Positions 9,764 to 20,005 of a DNA stretch of 64,000 nt are shown one piece after another. The position numbers and the translations under genes are program-made. The DNA is taken from contig OY759316.1 in NCBI GenBank assembly GCA_963662275.1, positions 4,032,001-4,096,000 of the forward strand, in the 5' to 3' direction. The notes beneath the pieces were generated by a model. The model was not told the DNA's origin. It did not search any database and worked only from the letters and a program-made list of their open reading frames with translations. The stretch is from Candidatus Cloacimonadales bacterium. Its GTDB lineage: Bacteria; Cloacimonadota; Cloacimonadia; Cloacimonadales; DAONDQ01. The number at the start of each line of letters is the position of its first letter. Positions within the stretch are counted from its first letter, which is position 1.

Positions 9764-10480
9764 ATGACAGAACAATTAAAGATTCTTGTCCAGATGCAAA
9801 CATATGACGACAGGATTGGGGAAAAAGAAGAACTCAAAATACTTCTACCCAAACAATTACACGACCTGATCACTCATATGGAAACTGCCGAAGCGAAAGT
9901 TACAGAATTGCATAAAGCACAGGAAGAAAAGATCAAACAGCAGAAACAGAAAGAACTTGATATTAAAACTAATCTTGACCTGATGCGTAAGTACCAGACT
10001 CAATTGGCTGAAATCAAAACAAACAAGGAATATAAGGCGCTTAATAGTGAAGTCACAAGTTTAGGAGCTAAGAATTCTGAGTTCGAAACCCATATTCTTA
10101 CACTGATGGAAGAAGAAACTGCGATTAAGAATGAGTTGAAAAATGCTCAAACCGATCTGAAGCAAGCCAAAAAAGAACTGGAAGAACGCGAAGGTGAGCT
10201 GCGTCATCAAATCGAAGAAGTGGATAAGATGATTACCGATTACAAGGAAAAACGCAACAATCTTGGACGCAATCTGCCTTTGGCACTTGGAAAAAGATAT
10301 GTTCTCCTGATCAAGAATAAGAACCGCAAGGCTGTTGTTTTTAATAATAGCGGAACCTGTAGCGGTTGTGGATTTAGAATCAGACCACAACTTCTTCTTG
10401 AATTGCAGAAGCAGGTAAAAATGATTGCTTGTGAAAATTGTGGAAGAATCCTTGTCCATAATCTTGAGGATTTGACTTAA
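9764..10480 (+). CDS. Coiled-coil plus C4 zinc-ribbon protein (zf-RING_7; CT398/HP0958-like)
   Basis: Long coiled coil, KEY.AL..E, CSGC...CENCGRIL. Confidence 0.9.
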   Translation: MTEQLKILVQMQTYDDRIGEKEELKILLPKQLHDLITHMETAEAKVTELHKAQEEKIKQQKQKELDIKTNLDLMRKYQTQLAEIKTNKEYKALNSEVTSLGAKNSEFETHILTLMEEETAIKNELKNAQTDLKQAKKELEEREGELRHQIEEVDKMITDYKEKRNNLGRNLPLALGKRYVLLIKNKNRKAVVFNNSGTCSGCGFRIRPQLLLELQKQVKMIACENCGRILVHNLEDLT

Positions 10481-10612
10481 GTCGTGGCATAAGATTCCGA
10501 TCTTATGATTTCTTTATTGTCAAGTATGATGCTAATCATGCTGTCATATGTTTCTGACAATGATAGTAAAGGTTTTGAATTTCTCTGAAAGCAAGTTTTA
10601 GCTACTGAGGAT

Positions 10613-10740
10613 GAAAGCTGAGTTCTCCGAGTGAATTGATTTATCTGTTAGTATCGAGGAGACGACATTAACACAGTCTTGAATGTAATAACGGTACATT
10701 TCGATACAATTTCTCGTTCCTCGAAATTACTCAATGAACC
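10613..10740. repeat. ~130-bp dispersed hairpin element, copy without the nested REP
   Basis: Reverse-complement homologue of 3341-3488. Confidence 0.8.
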
Positions 10741-10782
10741 GTCTTTTAGCTTTCATAAACTTCAGAATCAATATAATTATTT

Positions 10783-11204
10783 GGTTCCAGTGAAGATCAA
10801 ATGTCTGCTCCTTCCAATCAGGAAGGGGAGGAAAGTCCGAACACCACAGGGCAGGATACTTCTTAATAGGAAGTCCCGGTAACGGGGAGCCAGCTCCACA
10901 GAAATAAACCGCCCCGCACTTATTTGAGCTCCTTTGTTTTCTCTTGTATGTGCGGAGTAAGGGTGAAATGGTAGTGTAAGAGACTACCGGATATTCCGGT
11001 GACGGGATATGCCAGGAAAGCCTTATCCGGTGCAATGCCAAATAGGAAAGTCGGGATTGCCCGTCCCTTTGTACTTTCGGGTAGGCAGCTTCAGCCGTCT
11101 GGAAACAGTCCCAGATGGGAATCGTGAGATACTGCGCAGAGGAATAGACATTACCTCACTTATTAGGTGAGGAACAGAACTCGGCTTATGATCTTCATGG
11201 AACC
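10783..11204 (+). ncRNA. rnpB: RNase P RNA
   Basis: GAGGAAAGTCC, AAGGGTGAAA.GGT.GTGTAAGAG, ACAGAACTCGGCTTA; P1 pairing 10783-10799 with 11189-11204. Confidence 0.95.
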
Positions 11205-11217
11205 TTTTTAATAAGAA

Positions 11218-11686
11218 GTAGAGACGCTCAACTTGAGCGTCTTTTTTATTTGAAAATCTGGTCGAAGATTTCGTAGAGACGCTCAACTTGAGCGTCTTTT
11301 TTATTTGAAAATCTGGTCGAAGATTTCGTAGAGACGTTCAACTTGAGCGTCTTTTTTATTTGAAAATCTGGTCGAAGATTTCGTAGAGACGCTCAACTTG
11401 AGCGTCTTTTTTATTTGAAAATCTGGTCGAAGATTTCGTAGAGACGTTCAACTTGAGCGTCTTTTTTATTTGAAAATCTGGTCGAAGATTTCGTAGAGAC
11501 GTTCAACTTGAGCGTCTTTTTTATTTGAAAATCAGGTCGAAGATTTCGTAGAGACGCTCAACTTGAGCGTCTTTTTTATTTGAAAATCTGGTCGAAGATT
11601 TCGTAGAGACGCTCAACTTGAGCGTCTTTTTTATTTGAAAATCAGGTCGAAGATTTCATAGAGACGTTCAAGTTGAGCGTCTCTAC
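11218..11686. repeat. 8 tandem 55-bp units (GTAG-REP hairpin plus T-tract) and one inverted terminal REP
   Basis: Units start at 11218, 11273, 11328, 11383, 11438, 11493, 11548, 11603; inverted copy 11658-11686. Confidence 0.95.
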
Positions 11687-11710
11687 AGCAGGTTTTTCCT
11701 TTACTGATGA

Positions 11711-11787
11711 TGGTGGGTGATACGGGACTCGAACCTGTGACCCCTACGATGTGAACGTAGTGCTCTAACCAACTGAGCTAATCACCC
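11711..11787 (-). tRNA. tRNA-Val(CAC)
   Basis: Cloverleaf, anticodon loop TT-CAC-AT, GGTTCGAGTCC, encoded CCA. Confidence 0.96.
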
Positions 11788-11802
11788 GATAGGATAAAAA
11801 AA

Positions 11803-11879
<77 letters not shown>

Positions 11880-12080
11880 AACTCATGCAAACAGTAAAAA
11901 ATCAGGCAGAGTGTCAAGCATTTTATGTACCGCATATTTCAGTATGTAAATGTAGCACCTTTTTCAGGAGGTATTTCATTTACAGTAGTATCTGCATCCT
12001 ATTTCTCTTCCAAAAAATTATTGACTTCTTACTGGTAATTCATAGGGTGCTAAACATGTATCTGTTAAGGGAGGAGAATT

Positions 12081-13067
12081 ATGCGAAACGAAAACAATTT
12101 TATTGAATATTTGAAAAACAGAAAAGCATCTGAGGAATCTATTGCCTTTTCTGTTGATTTTATTCATCAATACGAAACTTTTTCAGCGGATTTCACAAAT
12201 GATCAAACTGAAGAAAAGCTTGAAAGTATCAAGGCATTTTGCACTGAATTCATAGCAGGAAAAGAGAACGCCCTTGAAAAAATCATTGCTCTTGCCAGGT
12301 ACAGTATGTTCTCCGAGAATGAGAATGCGATAACCTATCTGATTACTATGTTTGGAACCATTGGGGTATTGGAGAGTATGGAAGAAAGGCTGACAGAATT
12401 AGTGGGAGAAAATGAAGCCTTGGATATCTTCGGCAGCATTGTAAAACCTCCACTAGGTTCAGTTTATGAATTCTATCCACCGGTTGTGAATAAACTACTT
12501 GAAACGATGCAGCAATACTTGCCCCTTTCCACCTGCCAAGAAGTTCTTGCTGGTAATCATCATAGGGTATCTGTTGAAGGTTTTCAAAAAGACAAAGAAA
12601 AGTATGAGGAACTTGGTTCATTAGATGCCTTGTTATCATATCAACATCTACAATTGCTTAATGAACTTGTAGAATGTATGCTTGGTGATAAATTATGGTA
12701 TGAACAGAAGATCACACCAGCAGTTCTTGAGTTCGTAAGAAACAACAGGGAGATACAAACCGGTGTTAGAGAAGGAAACAAGCTATTCATCACGAAAATC
12801 CCGTATCAGCCGGATGCTTTCCTGAAAGAGACCGATCCACAGAAAAAAAGATATCTTGCCTGCCACTGTCCGTTTGTCAGATCATCAATCCTGGATAATT
12901 CCAGCAAGGTTCCGAAGTTGTGGTGTTATTGCACTGGTGGATATATCAAATTAAGATATGATGTAATCTTTGGCAAGTCATTGGAAGTCAAACTGTTGGA
13001 AACTGTACTGGATGGTGATGACCGTTGTAGGTTTGTGATCACACTGCCGCCGGAGACAAAGGATTAG
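12081..13067 (+). CDS. Cys-motif hypothetical protein (DUF6144/V4R-like C-terminus)
   Basis: GGAGG RBS; CHCP, WCYC.GG, V.LLETVL.GD.RCRF. Confidence 0.6.
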   Translation: MRNENNFIEYLKNRKASEESIAFSVDFIHQYETFSADFTNDQTEEKLESIKAFCTEFIAGKENALEKIIALARYSMFSENENAITYLITMFGTIGVLESMEERLTELVGENEALDIFGSIVKPPLGSVYEFYPPVVNKLLETMQQYLPLSTCQEVLAGNHHRVSVEGFQKDKEKYEELGSLDALLSYQHLQLLNELVECMLGDKLWYEQKITPAVLEFVRNNREIQTGVREGNKLFITKIPYQPDAFLKETDPQKKRYLACHCPFVRSSILDNSSKVPKLWCYCTGGYIKLRYDVIFGKSLEVKLLETVLDGDDRCRFVITLPPETKD

Positions 13068-13139
13068 GATGCATTTCGACTTGCTCAATGACCGAGCTAG
13101 ATGACAGCTAATAAACCGAATGAAAAGCTCCTATATAAT

Positions 13140-13250
13140 GAGGAAAACAAGAACTGACAATGAAAAGAACATAAGCTAAACAAAACCTAACAAAGTCTAG
13201 ATGATGCCTAGATGATCCCTAGATTATCCTTAGATGATGCCTAGATGATT
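13140..13250. repeat. Dispersed element with CTAGATGATGC 11-mer tandem repeats
   Basis: About 5 units at 13197-13249; inverted homologue at ~42574-42660. Confidence 0.7.
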
Positions 13251-13363
13251 TTATGGGAGACTTGAATGAGAGGTTCATTTCGACTCCGCTCAATGACCGG
13301 CTATTTTACTCAATGACCGGTTATTTTCTTTGTGATGGTATAAATTGATTGTCTCTTTAGACA

Positions 13364-13477
13364 TCATGTTATGTCCAAGGTTATGCGTTCTAAAACAAAT
13401 GCTTTTAATTCTAAGGCACAGGCAATAGCTTTTGTTACTAAATCCTTATCTACTTCTGGAACTTCATCGTAACTCAT
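13364..13477 (-). pseudogene. HEPN toxin remnant (C-terminal helix only, 37 aa)
   Basis: ATGA-coupled to MNT stop; MSYDEVPEVDKDLVTKAIACALELKAFVLERI resembles the C-terminus of the HEPN at 19159. Confidence 0.6.
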
Positions 13478-13803
13478 AAAGTAACTCCTTCAGCTTTAAC
13501 ATGATAAGCCAGGCTGCCAAAAGATTCACTTTCTTCCGTGAATCGCTGTTGATTTTTGATAATCAAATCTAAAGGAGTTATTCTATCAGTTTCCCATAAT
13601 CTCTTATGGATAGCGAAAGTTAAATCACTGTATTTAAGAGTTGGCAACTCATCATCCACAAGAATCATGAAGTCGTAATCGCTTTCAGGACGTGCATTGC
13701 CTGTGGCTCGAGAGCCGAAAAGGATAAGCTTTCGAGCATGATACTTTGCCATCTCTTCTTTGATGATGGTTACAAGCTCAATGAATAATTGATTCTGCTC
13801 CAT
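13474..13803 (-). CDS. Minimal nucleotidyltransferase (MntA-type antitoxin)
   Basis: LFGSRATG...SDYD. Confidence 0.9.
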   Translation of the reverse strand: MEQNQLFIELVTIIKEEMAKYHARKLILFGSRATGNARPESDYDFMILVDDELPTLKYSDLTFAIHKRLWETDRITPLDLIIKNQQRFTEESESFGSLAYHVKAEGVTL

Positions 13804-13960
13804 TTTCTCTCCGGCAGTAATTTCAAGATTGCTTCCACATTCACGCTAACTATATAGATATATTATTTAAACTTGGTCAATTTATTATTTCAAATAATAC
13901 TGAGCAAGATTATTTTTGTTTCTACTTGCTTTGACTCCGCTCAGCAACCGGCTATTTGAT

Positions 13961-14197
13961 TCAGCATTCAAATTCTCTTCTTTCCCTGACAATCTCATCA
14001 CTCAAAGAAGCAGTAAAATCCTTGGCTATTTCTCTTGCTTTCTGGAAATGAAATTTGCTCACATCAACCTTACTTTTTTCAGTCTCGGACATATCTTCTA
14101 AAAAAGTAACTATGACTTTTAGAGGTCTATTCACCTTGATTTCTTTATCTAATATCAATCTGCCATTCTGGTAAATTCCCTTAATCGCTAACATCAT
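13961..14197 (-). CDS. DUF104/AF2212-like antitoxin without partner
   Basis: AIKGIYQNGRLIL N-terminus; 78 aa; no toxin downstream. Confidence 0.6.
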   Translation of the reverse strand: MMLAIKGIYQNGRLILDKEIKVNRPLKVIVTFLEDMSETEKSKVDVSKFHFQKAREIAKDFTASLSDEIVRERREFEC

Positions 14198-14325
14198 TTC
14201 TCCTTTGTCACATTAAATTTCTTCAACACATATTAGTTTTACTAATGATATCTATCTTTATTGACAATCTCGGTAATTCATTCTCCTGCCATCCACTCAC
14301 AAGGTAGAGAGTTTGATGAGTTCTT

Positions 14326-14652
14326 TTAGTTTTGCATCCATAATATCTTCCCATCTTTCGCGACATCATTGTTTAGTGTTCCAAGATATTCCTTATACTC
14401 TTCAAACTGTGTTCTGCTTTTCAACACAATATCCACCGAATAAGGAAGTTTTAGAAATCTCTTTTCAATCCTATATAGCAGATTTAATTTATCTTTGCGG
14501 GATATATCATCTTTCAGCAAAATCATGATATCTATATCACTATCTTTTGTTTGACTGCCTTTTGCATAAGAACCAAACAATACAATGCGATCTGGTGTGA
14601 CTTCTGCTAAAATGGCATCCCTGATAGTATCGAAATCCTGCTCTAAGTACAT
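14326..14652 (-). CDS. Minimal nucleotidyltransferase (MntA-type antitoxin)
   Basis: LFGSYAKG...DSDIDI; only a 14-aa overlapping stub follows. Confidence 0.9.
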   Translation of the reverse strand: MYLEQDFDTIRDAILAEVTPDRIVLFGSYAKGSQTKDSDIDIMILLKDDISRKDKLNLLYRIEKRFLKLPYSVDIVLKSRTQFEEYKEYLGTLNNDVAKDGKILWMQN

Positions 14653-14740
14653 AAATCTTCCTTCTATCTACAATTTGCTTTTCTTAATTTAATCAATCAC
14701 GATCAGAATAACTTCGTCAAGTTTATTCCCTTTTGCTTGC

Positions 14741-14899
14741 CTTCGACTCCGCTCAATGACCGGCTATCATGAACTATAGAGAAAGAAAAGATCGTTGTCG
14801 GTTTGAAGTCCATTTGCCCTTTTAGTCAGGTATTCAATGATAATCAGTTAGGGCAATTGAACTCCAAATCCTTAGCGGTCACTGAGCGAAGTCGAAGTG
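14741..14899. repeat. Inverted pair of CTTCGACTCCGCTCAATGACC REPs enclosing a TTGGAGTTCAA-family hairpin
   Basis: Same REP family at ~3361, 3507, 13072, 13276, 13929, 19074, 19128. Confidence 0.8.
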
Positions 14900-14957
14900 C
14901 CCGTCCAGCCACCTTCATGATACAAGGCTTGATTCCTGCTCGTAAATGAATCACAAG

Positions 14958-16463
14958 TTATGGGATGTACCAGACTTTTACATCGTCAAAGTATACATAC
15001 GCTCCAGGATAACCAGATAAAAGACGGAATCCTTGATAACCTGAAGAGTTCGTTTGACCATGTATATTATCGAGCTTAAGTTGATCATCAATCCAAACAC
15101 TTACGTTATTATGTATTGAATCAAACATTAATCTGATTTTATACCACTGGTTCGGAATATATGTGGGTAATGCTACTTGAGTATTGTCACCCAAACTGCA
15201 AAAAATTTTTCCTGATGTATAACTAATAATTGCATATTCAGTACCCCAATCGCCCTCATTTAGATTATAAAAGCCAATTCCAGTTTCATCACCTGAAGAC
15301 CTAATCCAAGCTTCAAAAAAAACGGTAGAAGGTATAGTGGGTAGTGAATGATCAATATAAGAACCGTAATTCGAGCTTCCAAGAAGTTGGAATGAATTAG
15401 AACCTGAATGTGAATACTGGTTTGTAACTATTTGATAATTATCTCCAGCACCGTTAGCTCTAATAATCCAGCCACCAGAACTGGGGAAAGTGGTAGGTAA
15501 ATATGTATCAAAATTATCATTAATTAGCATAACGGTTGTATTTAAAATGACTGTATTAATAATGTTTGTATAACTTGAGTATAAATCATCTTTTTTTGCT
15601 CTTACTCTGTAGCTGAAAGATCCAGTCTCAGTAAGATGGTCTGTATAGGTTTGAATTGAAGGTACTACCGATGCCAATAAACTATAATTTCCTTCATCCT
15701 TCTTCCGTTCAATTTGATAGCCAGTAGCAATCGTACTATTTTGTGTCCATGCAATAGTAAAATGATAGAAAGTACTATCTGTTATGATCAGATTTGTTGG
15801 CGCTCCCAAGCCGGAATAGATGACAGCCTGTTCCTCTATTGCAGAGTTTAAGGATGTATTGAAGGCATGAATCCTATAAGATAGATTCAAGGCATTGCCA
15901 GGTGTACTGGTTATCTCATCTGTATATGTCATGGTATTAGCAGGTCGTGAAGCAATTTCAGTATAAACACCGCCACTCAGTCTCTTCTCTATCTTGTAGC
16001 CAGTTTCGTTCGTACTGTTATCCAGCCAATCTAAGCGCACCCCCAGCATTTCGACTGTAGTAGCTGTGAATTCGGTTGGGGCATTGAGGATCGTTGATGT
16101 ATAGCTGGTTGCTTTTTCTTCCGAGTATTCTGTATAATATTCACCTTTCTGCACTTTCAGGCGATAGGTAAGATCATGGTTTAATTCCATATTGAGGGTA
16201 GTATCGGCAAAGACACTCGTGGAGAGTTTCTTCATGGTGACAGGTTCGTAAGCTGCATCGGCTATTTTTCTTTCGAATAGCATTATCGCTTGAGATGAAT
16301 AGGAATAATTGAGCTGTAATTTGAAGCCTGCGTTATATTGATCGATGCTGAGTATCTGGGGTTGATTAAGGAGGTCACTATCATTTTCCAGAGGACTGTT
16401 CCAGTCTCGGGAACAGGATAGTAATACAAATGCTAATATCAAAAGACCGAATAATTTCTTCAT
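14958..16463 (-). CDS. Lipoprotein with FN3 domains and a C-terminal beta-sandwich (lectin/CBM-like) domain
   Basis: LLSC lipobox; FN3 motifs W.DNS.NETGYKIE and YSYRVRA; GGAG RBS before ATG at 16463. Confidence 0.8.
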   Translation of the reverse strand: MKKLFGLLILAFVLLSCSRDWNSPLENDSDLLNQPQILSIDQYNAGFKLQLNYSYSSQAIMLFERKIADAAYEPVTMKKLSTSVFADTTLNMELNHDLTYRLKVQKGEYYTEYSEEKATSYTSTILNAPTEFTATTVEMLGVRLDWLDNSTNETGYKIEKRLSGGVYTEIASRPANTMTYTDEITSTPGNALNLSYRIHAFNTSLNSAIEEQAVIYSGLGAPTNLIITDSTFYHFTIAWTQNSTIATGYQIERKKDEGNYSLLASVVPSIQTYTDHLTETGSFSYRVRAKKDDLYSSYTNIINTVILNTTVMLINDNFDTYLPTTFPSSGGWIIRANGAGDNYQIVTNQYSHSGSNSFQLLGSSNYGSYIDHSLPTIPSTVFFEAWIRSSGDETGIGFYNLNEGDWGTEYAIISYTSGKIFCSLGDNTQVALPTYIPNQWYKIRLMFDSIHNNVSVWIDDQLKLDNIHGQTNSSGYQGFRLLSGYPGAYVYFDDVKVWYIP

Positions 16464-16483
16464 ATTGTTCTCCATTTTTATTG

Positions 16484-16562
16484 TGTGGAGTAGGATTCCG
16501 ATCCTACTGTATCGAATATTCAATTTAGATGGGTGTTTAGTAGGATCGGAATCCTACTCCAC
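16484..16562. repeat. Inverted REP doublet GTGGAGTAGGATTCCGATCCTACT
   Basis: Further copies at ~46134-46157 and a doublet at ~58644-58744. Confidence 0.85.
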
Positions 16563-16563
16563 G

Positions 16564-17910
16564 CTATTTTTTCAATTCTCTAAAACTTCTGATAAAATCC
16601 TTATTAGTAAGCACTTCTCCGAAAGAATATGCATTGGATATTGCTGTTTCACGGGTTTTTCCGAGTCCGCGAATATCGGATATAGAGGAATTCGGGAATC
16701 CAACTTCGTATATTATTTTTCTTGTAGCCAATTCAATTATTTTCATGGAGAGTGCGGGGAAAGCGATAAAGAGACCTTGTTGATGATTCTCTCTCACTTC
16801 TGTGATTCTTGGTTCAATTATCAGAAAATAGCTGATACCTTGCTCTAAAGTTTTATCCATATCCAGAAACGATAATTCTACTACTTTGCCTTCAACACCG
16901 GTAATCAAATCACTAAATGCAGCTTCTGCCTCAGGACACTTATTACAGCTATCACGGCAATACAAACCCACCGTCTTTCCCGTAAAGAGATGCTTTAATT
17001 CGAGAGTTAAGGGTACATCCCTGGAGCATTCTACATTGGGGAAACGATCTTGATCAACATTGACTCGAATTGTCGTTTCACCTGTATGTTTTGGAAAGAA
17101 GGCAACCAGGAAACCATCGCCATCTTTTGTCACCATGAGAGTATCAATCATGGCAACCGCATTATGCTCATTTACAACAAGATTACCCGAATATGGATTC
17201 CCCTTGTAGAGGCATTGAAGGCGGACACTATTAGCACCTTTCATATTAGACTGAAAAACCAAGTGCTGGTAAAATCCTTCCACTTGTTGACTTGCCTCAT
17301 TGCATTTTCTTTCCAGGAAAGCAGTATAATTGTTTGGCGCTGTGAACCAATTCTTTGAGGCAACCTGGTTAGTACTGTAGAATTTCCAGACCCGATCAAG
17401 ATTATCGATATAGTCTATTGGATTTGTAGAATCAGCTTCGGATATTTGACTTTCCACAGGTTCTATACTATTACTGGTAAGTCGAATCAATTCATCCAGG
17501 AACTTTTGCCTGACAGTATCAGAATAAGGGATGTGGCACCAAGCCTGCCATTTCAGACCTTGCGGTCCTTTGGATTGCTCTGAATAATAATTAAACTCCA
17601 AAGCCTGGTTCAGGCTTTTCGAGAGCATAGAGACATCGCTTTCTGATTTCTCATTTACCGTGCCGTTTTCTTCTATAGTTTGCGATAGATACGTGTAATT
17701 CACACTGACTCCATCAAACAGTGAGATCTGTGTCAGGGCATTACGCATCGCCTCTTCACGGGCAGTCTTCTCATCAGCGCACATTCCTGAAATACCTGTA
17801 AAAGGCAGATTCCTTAAGGATGCTTTACCCCTTACTTCTACAACTTTTGTTACAGCCATACAGTTTGCTATCAGGAATAGCAGAAACAACCATGAAATAT
17901 AGTACTTCAT
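16564..17910 (-). CDS. Secreted hypothetical protein (LPP20-like N-terminus)
   Basis: Signal peptide; A.EEA..NAL.QI motif; co-oriented with neighbours. Confidence 0.55.
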   Translation of the reverse strand: MKYYISWLFLLFLIANCMAVTKVVEVRGKASLRNLPFTGISGMCADEKTAREEAMRNALTQISLFDGVSVNYTYLSQTIEENGTVNEKSESDVSMLSKSLNQALEFNYYSEQSKGPQGLKWQAWCHIPYSDTVRQKFLDELIRLTSNSIEPVESQISEADSTNPIDYIDNLDRVWKFYSTNQVASKNWFTAPNNYTAFLERKCNEASQQVEGFYQHLVFQSNMKGANSVRLQCLYKGNPYSGNLVVNEHNAVAMIDTLMVTKDGDGFLVAFFPKHTGETTIRVNVDQDRFPNVECSRDVPLTLELKHLFTGKTVGLYCRDSCNKCPEAEAAFSDLITGVEGKVVELSFLDMDKTLEQGISYFLIIEPRITEVRENHQQGLFIAFPALSMKIIELATRKIIYEVGFPNSSISDIRGLGKTRETAISNAYSFGEVLTNKDFIRSFRELKK

Positions 17911-17912
17911 GT

Positions 17913-19034
17913 TTAAAACCGCACATTGAAAGCAAGCCCGATAGTCTTATTATCCGGTTTGTATAAGGAAATTATATCCACTTTTTTTAGCTTATTCACT
18001 TTCATAACTTCAAAAACAAACCAGGAAGCCATAACACCGGTTGTGATACCACAAATCATAGTTTTTTGGTCGTAGCTTTTGGTATCATCCTTATAGCTTG
18101 CTGATTCTGAGAGTGTCCTGGCATTCTTATATTGATCAAAACTGTCTGCACCCTGCATATAGAAATATCCGCTCGCACCGGCACTGGCAAGTGTGGCTAA
18201 TCCACTAACCCAGGCAAGTGAGGAATGAACTGTACCCTTGGGAATCATACGAAAAACGAGGGAATTAACAGTCTGGTTGTCCAGTTCAATCTCGATACGC
18301 TTCTTCTGGATACGTTCATGGATGGCATTGCGCAATTCACTAACTGTGATATTCCCTGAAACGCGATATTCATAGGCATTTGTACTCACCACATAACCGT
18401 CATAAGTATCCACTTCATCGATGCTATCAAAGAGATTATCCAATTCATTCTGCACTTCCAGCTTGATCCTGCCCTTGAAAGTGACGGTGAACATCTCACT
18501 GCTGGTGGCAATCTGTGGTATTGCTTCAGTCAAGGTGTTTTGCACTGATTTTTGAATGGCTGCTTCCTTGTTTTCCTTGTCCACACCTTCTTTCTGCACA
18601 CTCAATACGACTTGACCAGTACGCACGCTGATTAGCTTCATCCGTGTCTCGAAATGGAAGTCCTGGTAGTTTGCACTCTTATCGATCACATAAAACCACA
18701 GTACTTTATCCGCCATGTTCTTCTTACCATACTGAATGGAAGCAGCATCCATATCGATATCCTTATTCAGGCGGATTTCCTGCAATGCCTCATCCACATA
18801 GGCTTTGTCAATGACGGTGATATTCTTGGAAAGCAGTACACTGGTGATTTCGTTGTAGGCTGTATTTACACCTGTGCTTTCCATAGTTTCTGCATTCGAA
18901 GGTGCCTTTGGGTCAGGAATGATCATCACCACTGTCTTGCGGTTCTTTACTTTCTTCGTATCTGCTTTTGCCCAACAGGACAACGTGATGGATAAAATTA
19001 AGATCACAATTAAGATACGGGTTAAGGTCTTCAT
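17913..19034 (-). CDS. Secreted CsgG/HfaB-like protein with C-terminal membrane hairpin
   Basis: VID...VDEAL.E, ADKVL, MKLISV.TGQVV; C-terminal GLAFNVRF. Confidence 0.55.
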   Translation of the reverse strand: MKTLTRILIVILILSITLSCWAKADTKKVKNRKTVVMIIPDPKAPSNAETMESTGVNTAYNEITSVLLSKNITVIDKAYVDEALQEIRLNKDIDMDAASIQYGKKNMADKVLWFYVIDKSANYQDFHFETRMKLISVRTGQVVLSVQKEGVDKENKEAAIQKSVQNTLTEAIPQIATSSEMFTVTFKGRIKLEVQNELDNLFDSIDEVDTYDGYVVSTNAYEYRVSGNITVSELRNAIHERIQKKRIEIELDNQTVNSLVFRMIPKGTVHSSLAWVSGLATLASAGASGYFYMQGADSFDQYKNARTLSESASYKDDTKSYDQKTMICGITTGVMASWFVFEVMKVNKLKKVDIISLYKPDNKTIGLAFNVRF

Positions 19035-19158
19035 AAATACCTCTTTATTCTTTGATTTATTTTCTATTCAGGTCATTTCGACTTCGCTCAATGATCGGTT
19101 ATTTTCTTTTTGATGGTATCGATTGACGGTCACTGAGCGGAGTCGAAGTGCCCGTCCA

Positions 19159-19569
19159 TCAACCTTTTTGATACAAGGCTTGGATTTTTATTAGTATGAA
19201 ATCTTTTACAGATAAGGCAATGCGATATGCTTCTTGGGCATCATATTCTGAGACTTCAATAAAGTCATCAGGATACCGATTTTCTACAGAGTAACCAGTT
19301 AGTGAAATGGCAAATTCATATTTTTCAATTTCCGGATATCTTTGTGAAACTAAGTCAATTAGTACTTCAATATTATGCGTTTTTGTGAAAGGAACCTCTA
19401 AATATATGAGAAAGCCCTTCAAGTACTTTTCAACTGCTTGCTGACAGTGAAAACAGACTGTATCAAAAGGTTTATCAGATGCCACTACCTGAAAAATAAG
19501 CTCAACATTCTTTAAATCACTATCTGCCTTCTTAAACCAATTCTGGGCTAAATCAAATCTATCTTCCAT
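19159..19569 (-). CDS. HEPN domain protein (toxin of MNT-HEPN pair)
   Basis: W..KA.SDL, CFHCQQAVEKYLKG, KTHNI, RYP. Confidence 0.92.
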   Translation of the reverse strand: MEDRFDLAQNWFKKADSDLKNVELIFQVVASDKPFDTVCFHCQQAVEKYLKGFLIYLEVPFTKTHNIEVLIDLVSQRYPEIEKYEFAISLTGYSVENRYPDDFIEVSEYDAQEAYRIALSVKDFILIKIQALYQKG

Positions 19570-19879
19570 ACAACACTACCCCATCATTAATAACACCGGT
19601 AATGAATGCTGATCTAACGTCTTTCCATTTGTCGACTTCATCTTTCGTATAGATGAGGATGTCTTTTGAAAAATGGTATTTTCTCAATTTGTACAATAAG
19701 GAAAGTCCCCTTTTCCTTCTGGGAATATCCTTCTCTTTATCTGAAATAATGAGCAAATCCAAATCACTTTCTGCATTAGCATTCCCCAGAGCATAGGAGC
19801 CAAAGAGAATGATCTGTTCCGGCTGATAATCTTCTGCAATGAACAACGCTATCTCATCGATTGTCTCTTTTGAAATCAT
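19559..19879 (-). CDS. Minimal nucleotidyltransferase (MntA-type antitoxin)
   Basis: LFGSYA.G.A..ESDLDL; overlaps HEPN start. Confidence 0.92.
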   Translation of the reverse strand: MISKETIDEIALFIAEDYQPEQIILFGSYALGNANAESDLDLLIISDKEKDIPRRKRGLSLLYKLRKYHFSKDILIYTKDEVDKWKDVRSAFITGVINDGVVLYGR

Positions 19880-20005
19880 CCTTTCTCCTATAATAATAAT
19901 CATAAGTCATATACAAATCAAAAACGAATCAGGCAATATATTTCTAATTATGGCGAATTCGCCTTAATTAATTCCTCTGATAAAAAAATGGAGTTTCATC
20001 AATGT

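Noticed and set aside
10679..11286. ORFs 10679-10882, 10727-11041 and 11023-11286
   Set aside because: They overlap rnpB and repeats; shadow ORFs
11218..11686. CRISPR array
   Set aside because: Linkers between palindromes are essentially identical rather than unique spacers, and no cas genes are in the window
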